Of a stretch of DNA of 64,000 nt, positions 9,389 to 18,142 are shown piece by piece (position 1 is the stretch's first letter; each line of letters opens with the position of its first letter). The stretch is taken from the NCBI GenBank assembly GCA_964472675.1, contig CAYYLO010000003.1, positions 3,768-67,767 of the forward strand, read 5' to 3'. The position numbers were made by a program, and so were the translations under genes. The DNA comes from an uncultured Gammaproteobacteria bacterium. Lineage in GTDB: Bacteria; Patescibacteriota; Microgenomatia; UBA8517; UBA10165. The notes beneath the pieces were generated by a model that searched no databases, was not told the origin of the DNA, and was given only the letters and a program-made list of their open reading frames with translations.

Positions 9389-9707
9389 TCAAAGCTCATC
9401 AGACAACCTTCCGGTCTGCACAAGCCACTTTATAAACCTCATGTGGGGCGTTGGTTCAAAAGACTGTGGCTTCGGTGGCTCCGCTCTCATCCCTTTCAGT
9501 CTCTCAGTTTCCAATCTCTCCACTTCGGCACAAAGTACCTGGCACTTTCTTTCGATTTGCCTATACGCTGTCAATGCTTCGCCAAGTGCCTCGGGATGAT
9601 ATGCCCCGCTGAATACACCCCTACGTGCGTTTGTGAGCCGTTCTGACGCTAACTTGAGTGCGGCAGTAGCGTCTTCCAGCTTGCTTAGAGCTTCCTCGTA
9701 CGTCATG
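9389..9707 (-). CDS. hypothetical protein in GC-rich (~52%) segment; ORF-track 5' extension overlaps tRNA-His and is not real
   Basis: Start trimmed to Met MTYEEALSKLE at 9707. GC content clearly above flanks. Confidence 0.3.
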
Positions 9708-9802
9708 CCCCAGGCTCTCCTCTTTGCGCAAACTCTTAGGTTGGAGTATACACCCTTTGTTTTATGAAGACAAAGGTGGTGGAGATCAGTTGGGCTTTGA
9801 TA

Positions 9803-9878
9803 TGGGTGGGCGACGGGAATTGAACCCGCAACCTCTGGTGCCACAGACCAGCGCTCTAACCGTTGAGCTACGTCCACC
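9803..9878 (-). tRNA. tRNA-His (GTG) with encoded G-1 and CCA
   Basis: Cloverleaf read by hand. Anticodon loop CTGTGGC. Extra 5' G pairing with C73. One A-C mismatch in acceptor stem. Confidence 0.75.
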
Positions 9879-9895
9879 AAATTTCTCGCATTTTC

Positions 9896-10318
9896 TCACT
9901 GTTCGTAATCGTTCAAGTCTTCTTCCTCTTCGGTTTCGTTTTCTTGCGCCCAATCTTCCAAACTTTCTTCCCCCGCGGGGAGGGTAAATCCTTCCTCTTC
10001 TAACGCATCAGCCTCCGGATTCTTTTCTGTAGCGGGCTCGCCAGCGCCTACTTCCGGTTCTTCATCTTTACCTGATATTCTTTCTTTTTCGTGCCTGTTA
10101 ATAATATCGGCCATGGTTTCGCCGCTTTGCGGTTCTTCGCCGGTTACCTCTTTAACCATTTTCCCGACATCGTCATCCATTGTAGGAATAGAAGTTGTGC
10201 CGCCAACTTCTTCTTCGCCGGATTCTGCTGGAGATTGAGTGGGAACATGATCGCCTATTCCCTCTTCAGCAACATCTTGTCCCGGGTCAAGTCTGGTTAA
10301 GTCCTGGTCGTTTGTCAT
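9896..10318 (-). CDS. highly acidic (D/E-rich) low-complexity protein, hypothetical
   Basis: Start trimmed to Met (MTNDQDL) just 3' of tRNA-Arg; ORF-track 5' part overlaps the tRNA. Acidic repeats EEEEDLNDYEQ. Confidence 0.4.
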   Translation of the reverse strand: MTNDQDLTRLDPGQDVAEEGIGDHVPTQSPAESGEEEVGGTTSIPTMDDDVGKMVKEVTGEEPQSGETMADIINRHEKERISGKDEEPEVGAGEPATEKNPEADALEEEGFTLPAGEESLEDWAQENETEEEEDLNDYEQ

Positions 10319-10341
10319 TTGTTTCCACCCCCTTTGCTTTG

Positions 10342-10414
10342 CGCCGCTGGCAGGAATCGAACCCGCAACCTTATCGTTAGAACCGATCTGCTCTGTCCGT
10401 TGAGCTACAGCGGC
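10342..10414 (-). tRNA. tRNA-Arg (TCT)
   Basis: Acceptor GCCGCTG/CAGCGGC, anticodon loop GTTCTAA, T-loop TTCGATT. Confidence 0.75.
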
Positions 10415-10463
10415 AAAGATACTTAATATTCTACCATTCAAGGCCAGTTTTTTCACCTGGAGT

Positions 10464-12086
10464 CTAAGATGAGGTGTGTGCGGTTTGCCGCGCCGCTTTA
10501 ACAAAGCCCACAAATAGCGGATGGGGTTGTAAAGGGCGGGATTTTAGCTCAGGGTGAAATTGTGAAGCGATAAAGAAAGGATGACTAGGTAATTCTATGA
10601 CTTCAACCAATTTTCCGTCCGGAGAGGTTCCGGCAAGGACAAGCCCTGCATCCACGAACTGGTCCTTGTAAGTATTATTAAATTCGTATCTGTGTCTGTG
10701 TCTTTCACTAATTTTGCTTTTACCATAGAGTTTGCAAGAGAGAGTTTTGGGGGCAAGAATACATTCCCAGGCGCCGAGTCTCATAGTTCCACCATAGTTA
10801 TGTTCCAATAACTTCTTTTGTTGATCGGTCATGATGTGGATAACCGGATGCTTTGTCTCGGGATCGATTTCGGTTGTGTTAGCGTCTCTCCAGCCTAAAA
10901 TGTTTCTGGCAAACTCAACAGTTGCCAGCTGCATTCCGTAACAAAGCCCCAAATAAGGGATATTATTTTCTCGCGTGTACTTTATTGCTTCAATTTTCCC
11001 CTCTACCCCGCGGGAGCCAAAGCCGCCCGGAACAATTATTCCATGATAAGCTTTCAAAATATTCGGGTTCTGTAATACTTTTTCCGAATCGATCCAACTG
11101 ACAACAGGCTTAAGATTTTGGTTGTATGAGGCGTGTTTTATAGCTTCAATAACAGAAATATAAGCATCAGACAATGTAAAATGCCCGCTGGCAAAATACT
11201 TCCCAACGATGCCTATTTTTACTTCTTCTTTTGCTTCCTCTACCCTTTTTATATATTGTCTCCATTCGACCATGTCTTTCTTTGGTTGGCGCAATTTTAA
11301 TTTTTTCAAAATTCTTTTTGTTAAGTTTCCTGCGTCATAATTTAAGGGCACATCATAAACATTTGACACATCCGGGGCTGAAATTATGTCTTCGGGTTCC
11401 AAACCAGTTGAAACAGCAAGTTTTTTTATTCTCATCTGGTCCAAACCTTGCGACGAACGGGCCAATATTATATCGGGTTGAATGCCAACCGAATTTAAGT
11501 TGCGGACAGACATTTGTGCTGGTTTACTTTTCATCTCGCCCAAAGAGGGTGGAATTGGAAGGTAAGTTATATGAACATGCAAAACGTCATTAGGTTTTTT
11601 GAGTTTCAGAAGACGATTGGCTTCCAAAAAAAGTACATTTTGGTATTCTCCGGCTGTTCCGCCGATTTCAATTAAAACTATGTCAGCATTTTTTGCTCTT
11701 CCTGCTTCTTGAATGCGGCTTAAGATTTCGTTTGTAATATATGTGACAACATCCACACATTCTCCGCCATATTCAAGGTTTCTTTCTCTTTGTAAAAACC
11801 GAATAATAAATCGAGCCTTGAGTAGCAATGTTAGTTTTATTTAAGCTTTCATTCAAAAACCTTTCGTAATGCCCCAGGTCTTGATCAGTTTCTGTTCCGT
11901 CATCCAAAACAAAAACCTCACCGTGGGCAATGGGATTCATAGTTCCAGCATCAATATTTAAATAGGGGGCCATTTTTATAGGGGCAACTTTCAAGCCCGC
12001 GCTTTTAAGGAGGAGGGAATAGATGCTGTGGCAATCCCTTTGCCGATTCCAGAGATGACTCCGCCGGAAATAAAAATATATTTCAT
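10464..12086 (-). pseudogene. pyrG: CTP synthase pyrG interrupted by two frameshifts (-1 near 12008 in a C/G run, +1 in a T5 run near 11795); possibly sequencing errors
   Basis: N-terminal [23 protein letters not shown] in frame of ATG 12086. Middle segment [11 protein letters not shown]...HYERFL...SIYYSV in a shifted frame (ORF 11773-12126). Remainder (GATase domain GLCYGMQ, HRHRYE) back in the original frame (ORF 10464-11828). Confidence 0.8.
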
Positions 12087-12243
12087 ACGCAGTTGAAAAG
12101 AAATTCCGATTTCTTTTGTATACCACACCAATGATGCTTTGGTAAACATCCGCATTCCTGCATTCCAGTTTTTAACTTTAAGGTGGTATAATCGAAATCA
12201 GAATTTCGCTTCAGTCTGCGATATAATCGAAATGATTGCGAAG

Positions 12244-12340
12244 ATTTCGGGGATTGGCTCATGACGAGCGTTAGCGAGTTCATATCAGACTTTTTCGAAA
12301 AAGTCTGTTAATTGGTAGAGCGCGCGAAGCGCAAAAGTCA
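12244..12340 (+). repeat. degenerate partial duplicate of tRNA-Pro 5' half interrupted by a 50-nt insert containing a perfect 22-bp palindrome
   Basis: 18-nt atttcggggattggctca at 12244-12261 and again at 12375-12392. ttggtagagcgc also repeated. Palindrome cagactttttcgaaaaagtctg at 12286-12307. Confidence 0.5.
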
Positions 12341-12379
12341 GTGGACTAGGGTTTAGTTTTAAACAGCGACAACTAATTT

Positions 12380-12452
12380 CGGGGATTGGCTCAGTTGGTA
12401 GAGCGCTCGCTTTGGGAGCGAGAGGTCGGCCGTTCGAATCGGCCATCCCCGA
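12380..12452 (+). tRNA. tRNA-Pro (TGG)
   Basis: Acceptor CGGGGAT/ATCCCCG, anticodon loop TTTGGGA, T-loop TTCGAAT. Confidence 0.85.
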
Positions 12453-12544
12453 CTCGTTTACAATAGCCTTACCTTCTACTTGCCTTATTTCACCAAACAA
12501 AACCCAGAATTAAGCAATAAATAATTTGACAGGGAGGTGAAACA

Positions 12545-12865
12545 ATGTTTCCGGGATTTATAGTTTCCCTAATAAATTTAGTAATTGGGCTAATTGAACT
12601 TCTTTTAGCGATCAGACTTTTGTTAAGACTGTTTGCTGCAAACCCAGCGACTCCTTTTGTGCGTTGGACTTATGAAACAAGCCAACCTTTAGTCAACCCC
12701 TTTTTAGGTATATTCCCAAATCCAGTTTTGACGGGGGGCTTGGTAATTGAGTTTTCAACTTTGGTTGCACTGGTAGTTTACGCGATTGCTGGCTATGTTT
12801 TGGCAGAGCTTATCGGGACTCTTGGTTATGGGGCAAGAAGAAGGACAATTGTGGAAGAAAGATAA
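12545..12865 (+). CDS. YggT-family-like small membrane protein
   Basis: LLAIRLLLRLF..NP..PFVRW...PLVNPF pattern typical of YggT/Ycf19; two TM segments. Confidence 0.45.
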   Translation: MFPGFIVSLINLVIGLIELLLAIRLLLRLFAANPATPFVRWTYETSQPLVNPFLGIFPNPVLTGGLVIEFSTLVALVVYAIAGYVLAELIGTLGYGARRRTIVEER

Positions 12866-12903
12866 GGTTTTGTGCTAAAATTACCTTGTTCGTTGGACCG
12901 GTT

Positions 12904-12977
12904 GCGGGATTAGTTGAACGGCCCAACATCTGCTTTCCAAGCAGAAAAAACGGGTTCGACTCCCGTATCCCGCTCCA
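12904..12977 (+). tRNA. tRNA-Gly (TCC), CCA encoded
   Basis: Acceptor GCGGGAT/ATCCCGC, anticodon loop TTTCCAA, T-loop TTCGACT. Confidence 0.85.
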
Positions 12978-12978
12978 T

Positions 12979-13033
12979 ACGGGATACCCTGGTCAGAAAA
13001 AGCCTGAATGGCTTGATATAACGGGCTAATCTT
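12979..13033 (+). repeat. conserved ~55-nt tRNA-Gly 3' trailer element, copy A (second copy at 32190-32244)
   Basis: acgggataccctggtcagaaaaRgcctgaatRgcttgatataacgggctaatctt identical at 53/55 positions in both copies. Confidence 0.7.
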
Positions 13034-13165
13034 AGGGTTTCCGGATAAGCTTAATTCCATAAATTGTTAGCCTTAAATTTATTTTGAAGATACGGGATTC
13101 ACACTAAACTTTGTAACTTACGACAAATGGATTGAATTCCTCTAACGCTTGATCTAAATTTTCAT

Positions 13166-13594
13166 TTATCTCCAAAGCGAGAACTTTTTGGTAAGCGTAT
13201 TTAATTGTTCTTTTGGTCCAAACATACAAATTCCCCAATATTCCAGTTCAATCTCTGGCGTGTTTTTAGTTCTTTCCTGTTGCTCTATGTAAGTTCCTAT
13301 TGTCATTGTCGAAGTAAAATCGACAACATGAATACCAGCTTGAATTGTTTGATTTCTTAAATTCCTGATCTGACTGGAATTATCAGCTTGCAGAATAATA
13401 AATGGATTGTCAGAAATACTTTTGTGTTGTCCACCGTCTTTATCAAAATATGTATCAAATCTCATTTCAGGTAAGTTAGGATAACTGCCTGCAAGACCCG
13501 CTGCCATATGGCCTAAAGCATTCATCAGATTTCCAACCGGAACCTTTTTGTTTAACACTGCTACGAATTTATGTGTTAATTCATCTGCCTGCAT
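13166..13594 (-). CDS. hypothetical protein (DUF2000-like)
   Basis: 142-aa ORF; N-terminal KFVAVLNKKVPVGNLMNALGHMAAGL resembles DUF2000 family. Confidence 0.35.
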   Translation of the reverse strand: MQADELTHKFVAVLNKKVPVGNLMNALGHMAAGLAGSYPNLPEMRFDTYFDKDGGQHKSISDNPFIILQADNSSQIRNLRNQTIQAGIHVVDFTSTMTIGTYIEQQERTKNTPEIELEYWGICMFGPKEQLNTLTKKFSLWR

Positions 13595-13983
13595 ATCAGG
13601 ATTATATCAAATTGTTGGATACAAGTCAGAAAATATTATTTAGGAGTAACTATTATCTCCCAACAAGCTAATGACTTCTTAAGCCAGGATTACGGCCGGA
13701 CAATTGCTTCCCAATCGGCGGTCAGGATACTCATGAAACAGGATACGACCACCATTAGAAAAGTTGCTGAAGAATTTAACTTATCAGAATATGAACAGCA
13801 CTTTTTACTAACCTGCGACCGGGGGAAAGCTTTAATTATTGCCGACCCGCTTCGCCCGCCTTGACCGACGCAAGTCGAGGCAGGCCTACTCAGCGAGGCG
13901 AGCCAAAATCGTGTAGCAGTAAAGGTCGTGGCCTCTGACAAAGAGCATCCATTACTTACCACTGATCCTAGGGAGATTTATAT

Positions 13984-14736
13984 TTAATCATCGACATATT
14001 CCGTCTCAAAAGGTGCGTATTCCTGACCTTTATAGAGATCTAATAAACCATCCCGCCGAGCAGCTAAATCTTGCGGAAAATAACCGGTTGTTGCCTTAAG
14101 ATAATATGCAGCCTGCTCAATAATTTCCATCGCAAATCTTCTTACATCATTATTCGGGTCATTGATGTAGTTTCCGTAGTAGTGTGTCCAATTATGTAAT
14201 TGCTCTCTCACCCTTCCATTATCCATGTTTTCAAGCGCACTGCTATAATGCACGCGTATGATCCCTTCATCCCTACGGGCATAAGCTATGTAGTATTCAA
14301 GAGGCGGTTGTGGAATTTCTCTAGAAAAAGGCTCGACTAAATATAGCTTAAAAGGAGCTTCTTCCTTCCCTCCAAAAACTTTCAACAAGTCATGTCGCTT
14401 TTGTATTATTTCTTCCGGCGTGAACCCCGTTAATTTAGTAACCGCAGCACTTGTCCTATTTAAAACTCTTTGTATTCTTGGAGGAACCCTACTAACAACC
14501 CCAAGATGCAAAGCCGCTCCTATATGGCTCCATTCACCAAAATTCCTCTCAACTTGTCCGTTTGCTAACGCGTCAAATATTTCGCTCTGCCAAATTCCGA
14601 GAATATCCCGGACACGGCCATATCCGACATACCATTCGGTGGGAGGCCCAGAAGCGAGCAACTCTTCAACACTTCTTTTTGGTGCTTCTTGGCTCATAGT
14701 ATTGTAGAGTTTATCACTTTCATTATTCAAACTCAA
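13984..14736 (-). CDS. hypothetical protein
   Basis: 250-aa ORF, no recognisable motif. Confidence 0.45.
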   Translation of the reverse strand: MSLNNESDKLYNTMSQEAPKRSVEELLASGPPTEWYVGYGRVRDILGIWQSEIFDALANGQVERNFGEWSHIGAALHLGVVSRVPPRIQRVLNRTSAAVTKLTGFTPEEIIQKRHDLLKVFGGKEEAPFKLYLVEPFSREIPQPPLEYYIAYARRDEGIIRVHYSSALENMDNGRVREQLHNWTHYYGNYINDPNNDVRRFAMEIIEQAAYYLKATTGYFPQDLAARRDGLLDLYKGQEYAPFETEYVDD

Positions 14737-14957
14737 GAATTTAGGCCTACCAATTCAGTATAATGTGTACAACTGCCTAATAGGCAGATGAATTATTTAC
14801 AAGCAGCTCTTACAATTTGGTCTTTTCGTAAAGAATCGTTGATCGGGTTGTTGTAACGTCCCATTTTCATCCTCCGCAGCTTGATAAGCCTCCATCAATT
14901 TGCTAAAATAAATAAGGATTTGATCGTAAACGGGCGCTAAATAACTTGCGTCTCCCG

Positions 14958-14990
14958 CTCCAAAGCGAAATGGTTTTTAAAACCTTCCAT
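14958..14990 (+). repeat. ~33-bp direct repeat, left copy (right copy 17185-17216), bracketing hypothetical/DinD-like/GIY-YIG cassette
   Basis: tccaaagcgaaatggtttttaaaaccttccat versus tccaaaccagaatggtttttgaaaccttccat. Confidence 0.6.
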
Positions 14991-15157
14991 TTTTATCCTT
15001 CAAAGCAGGATTTTCTCCAGTTCGAGCCTAAATTTTTGAGCTAATTTTACTAGCTTCAAAAATCTAATACCGGACACCGGAGTCGAACCTACTATAAAAT
15101 CAGTCCATAGATAATCATTGTTGATATAATAAGTTTCAATATAAATAAGCACATCCT

Positions 15158-15739
15158 ATGACAAATCAAGAAGTTCAATATGCAAAAACAGCTCTAACCG
15201 GAAAGATTTCATCATTAAGGAATGATTTCAGTAGAGCTTATTTTAACCTTAATCAATACAGCATCCAAACTAGTCCGTTCCCAATCTTAATGTTCACTAT
15301 GTCTGTAGTAGACTTTTTCTCAGCATTATTAGCTGGATGGAGTGAGTCTAGTCGCAATCAAAATAGATTTCAAACAACAAGAATGATAGATTTCTGCGTT
15401 AATCAGCTTGGATATGGTCGAATTGAAAGTACGGTATTGGTCAAAGTTCACAGACATTCTCTTATGCACACGAGCGATCCTAGAATAAGATCGAATCAAA
15501 ATGGGATATATGGTTGGCAAATCATGAATATCAATCCAAATCATATGCATCTTAGTCCACAACCTAATCAAAATAATATTCAAGTTACTTTGCTTGATGT
15601 TGGAACAGGCAATCTAATTGACGATTTAGAGAACTTCTTAACCACGTCTGGAGGATACTTTGAACTTTTAGATAATGACCCAGAAATTCAGGCTAATTAC
15701 ATGCAATGTATTCAAGAACTTGATAGTCAAACAATATGA
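15158..15739 (+). CDS. hypothetical protein
   Basis: 193-aa ORF, Q/N-rich, no motif. Confidence 0.4.
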   Translation: MTNQEVQYAKTALTGKISSLRNDFSRAYFNLNQYSIQTSPFPILMFTMSVVDFFSALLAGWSESSRNQNRFQTTRMIDFCVNQLGYGRIESTVLVKVHRHSLMHTSDPRIRSNQNGIYGWQIMNINPNHMHLSPQPNQNNIQVTLLDVGTGNLIDDLENFLTTSGGYFELLDNDPEIQANYMQCIQELDSQTI

Positions 15740-15892
15740 ATTAAAAAACCCGGTCCCTGTGGCTAAGATGGATCACTTACGTGTCATCAGTTCTCTAAAA
15801 GTAAGGTACCTTCACTACAAAGATCATTCGGTACCCACATGCTAGCAAAAATTCAGGTTATTGTCCGTTTAAGAATCTGCTAAAATGATGTC

Positions 15893-16723
15893 GTGGGAAA
15901 AACAACTAAAATTGCAATTTTTGAAGGTAAAAGAATCCGCCGCCATTGGAATGACAAAGAGGAAAAATGGTATTTCTCAGTTGTCGACGTCGTGGCAGCA
16001 TTAACAGAAAGTGAAAATCCACAGGTTTATTGGCGAGTCCTTAAGAAAAGATTGATTGATGAAGGTTCCAATGAAACCGTTACAAAATGTAACGCTTTGA
16101 AAATGGTTGCAGCTGATGGGAAAATGAGGCTTACTGATGTGGCAAATACCGAAGTAATGTTACGTATCATCCAATCAATTCCTTCTCCCAATGCAGAACC
16201 TTTTAAACTATGGCTTGCTAGAGTGGGTTATGAACGCATTGAAGAAACTGCTGATCCGGAGCTTGCTATAAATAGAGCTCTTCAAACATATTTAAGAAAA
16301 GGCTACAGTAAAGACTGGATAAACCAACGCTTAAAAAGTATTGAGATACGAAAAGCTTTAATAGATGAATGGGAAACACGGGGAGTAAAAGAAACCAGTG
16401 AGTTCGCTATTTTAACAGATGATATTACTATTGCTTGGACAGGCATGACTACAAAGCAATATAAAAATTTCAAAGGGCTTAAGAAGGAAAATTTACGGGA
16501 TAATATGACAAATTTGGAATTGGTGCTTAACATGTTGGCAGAAACTGCTACAACGGAGATTTCTCAAAAACGTAAGCCTAAAACATTCCCTGATAATAGA
16601 AAAGTTGCCACCGAAGGAGGAACTATTGCTGGAAATGCTAGAAAACAGATTGAATCCAAAAGCGGTAGAAAGGTAATAACAAGGAAGAATGCCAAAGAGT
16701 TAAAACTTATTGGGAATAAGTAA
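15893..16723 (+). CDS. DinD-like DNA-damage-inducible protein (N-terminal Bro-N/antirepressor-like domain)
   Basis: IAIFEGKRIRRHWNDKEEKWYFSVVDVVAALTES matches Bro-N. C-terminal GLKKENLRDNMTNLELVLNMLAETATTE...GRKV resembles E. coli DinD C-terminus. Confidence 0.6.
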   Translation: MGKTTKIAIFEGKRIRRHWNDKEEKWYFSVVDVVAALTESENPQVYWRVLKKRLIDEGSNETVTKCNALKMVAADGKMRLTDVANTEVMLRIIQSIPSPNAEPFKLWLARVGYERIEETADPELAINRALQTYLRKGYSKDWINQRLKSIEIRKALIDEWETRGVKETSEFAILTDDITIAWTGMTTKQYKNFKGLKKENLRDNMTNLELVLNMLAETATTEISQKRKPKTFPDNRKVATEGGTIAGNARKQIESKSGRKVITRKNAKELKLIGNK

Positions 16724-16928
16724 CGAGACTATTTAAAGTGCTTAAGACTTTTTATCTCTAAATGATTTTTAAGGATTTCCAATTTTAATTGAAGTTGGTG
16801 ATCCATTATGATACAGTACTTAAGTTCAAATAGGTCCGAGCCAATTACGCTCCCCAGCTCAAGTCGCCAAAGGCGAACTTGAGCGAGGCTCGTCTCGCCC
16901 TTTGGGCGGAGCGGCCCGCTCCTCAATA

Positions 16929-17180
16929 ATGTATTTTGTCTATATTCTCCAGAGTCTAAAAGATAATAAAACATACATAGGTTATACCGATAATTTTGAA
17001 CGGCGATTTGAACAACATAATTTAGGAAAATCGAGATCTACAAAATATCGAGTCCCATTTAAATTATTATTTAAGGAAGAATTTAAGAATAGCGTAGATG
17101 CCAAGAATCGAGAGATATGGTGGAAAAGTGGTGCGGGGAGACGAAAACTGAAAAAATGTTTCGAAAATCAGATAAAATGA
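16929..17180 (+). CDS. GIY-YIG domain nuclease (small stand-alone, UPF0213-like)
   Basis: MYFVYILQS..KTYIGYTDNFERRFEQHN..G motif. ORF-track 5' extension (MGGAARSS) lies in a GC-rich hairpin cluster and is probably not coding. Confidence 0.6.
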   Translation: MYFVYILQSLKDNKTYIGYTDNFERRFEQHNLGKSRSTKYRVPFKLLFKEEFKNSVDAKNREIWWKSGAGRRKLKKCFENQIK

Positions 17181-17184
17181 TCAA

Positions 17185-17216
17185 TCCAAACCAGAATGGT
17201 TTTTGAAACCTTCCAT
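17185..17216 (+). repeat. ~33-bp direct repeat, right copy (pairs with 14958-14990)
   Basis: See left copy; begins 5 nt after the GIY-YIG stop codon. Confidence 0.6.
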
Positions 17217-17636
17217 GCTATAACCTGCCGAAGGATACTTCATAGAGCTTTTTAAATTCATCTATTTCTGCTACAAGTCTAGAGTGATACAACAACTAAA
17301 GACTATTTCCAGGAATGATGGTGGTGGAGCTAAGAAGACATATTAGAAGTATTACGGAATTTACTGCAGACGAATTAATGAATTAGTGAGTGTTTTAAGA
17401 TGAAAGATGCCACTGGTGGAAAAATCAGAAACATTCAGCTTATTTTTAACCACGCCAAAGAAAATATGGTTACAAGAGGATGCATTAAAGAAGTTGAGGA
17501 GATTACAAAGCGGATTAAACTTTCACTAAAGTCTAAGCTGGAATTTTGAAACGAGTTGTATACTTCGGCGCTAAAAAACCCTCGAGGAGGAGCAAACGAT
17601 TTTGCTCAACTCTTATACCCGAGGGCTGCTTGTCCC

Positions 17637-17930
17637 CTAGCCTGCCTTGCGAACAGGCTCAAGGCTTGTGACCCGGTCTATCAGATCACAAGCAATGTTG
17701 ACTGTGTATTGGAGTGTATCTGGTGGAGGATCCAGTTCCACGCCAGTCGCGATGGCCACAAGCGCTGTTCTGAGCGCCTTTAGGAGATGATGCTGTTCCA
17801 TGTGTTTTGCTTCACGCATTAAGAGCTCTACTTCTTTGGCCAGCCTCCTTAGGCTCCATGCCAGCTCGCTGCGTCTTGTGCCACCTACTTCTGTCAGGTC
17901 GGGAAGAATTTGGGCACCAACACTGCTCAT
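17637..17930 (-). CDS. hypothetical protein (GC-rich segment)
   Basis: 97-aa ORF overlapping upstream ORF by 4 nt (ATGA); local GC ~50%. Confidence 0.3.
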   Translation of the reverse strand: MSSVGAQILPDLTEVGGTRRSELAWSLRRLAKEVELLMREAKHMEQHHLLKALRTALVAIATGVELDPPPDTLQYTVNIACDLIDRVTSLEPVRKAG

Positions 17931-18142
17931 GTCTTTTCTTTCTTGTTCTTTTCTTCAATAGACTTTCGCGTCGCGTTAATCAAAAATGTCATTGAACGGA
18001 GTAGCGCGTCCCACAACTCTTGCGAACCAGGAGAGTTTAAGGTTTGCTCAGAATTAGGGACCCTCAAAAGATCAGCTATCAGATTGCATTGCGCCGCCAT
18101 GTCTTCCCATCGCATTATGAGCTTTTCTCTGTCCATACCCAT
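17927..18142 (-). CDS. hypothetical protein (GC-rich segment), coupled to 17637-17930
   Basis: 71-aa ORF; ATGA overlap with downstream ORF. Confidence 0.3.
   Translation of the reverse strand: MGMDREKLIMRWEDMAAQCNLIADLLRVPNSEQTLNSPGSQELWDALLRSMTFLINATRKSIEEKNKKEKT

Noticed and set aside
9389-9880. 163-aa ORF in the six-frame track
   Set aside because: Its 5' third is antisense to tRNA-His (9803-9878). Trimmed to the internal Met at 9707. The extension is an ORF-caller artefact.
10091-10380. Plus-strand ORFs 10091-10300 and 10195-10380
   Set aside because: Antisense to the acidic-protein CDS and to tRNA-Arg. No independent support.
12285-12500. 71-aa ORF (and 12083-12283, 66 aa) on the minus strand
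   Set aside because: Antisense to tRNA-Pro and to the tRNA-Pro partial duplicate. No coding signal. Spurious.
13700-13760. Possible SRP (4.5S) RNA because of GGTCAGGATAC...CAGGATACGACCACC
   Set aside because: Does not reproduce the conserved domain IV GUCAGGUCCGGAAGGAAGCAGC motif. Left as an unassigned structured region.
17400-17552. 50-aa plus-strand ORF (MKDATGGKIRNIQLIFNHAKENMVTRGCIKEVEEITKR...) in the 17.2-17.6 kb intergenic region
   Set aside because: No RBS or recognisable motif, and it lies in a degenerate-looking spacer. Might be a gene fragment, but there is insufficient evidence to annotate it.
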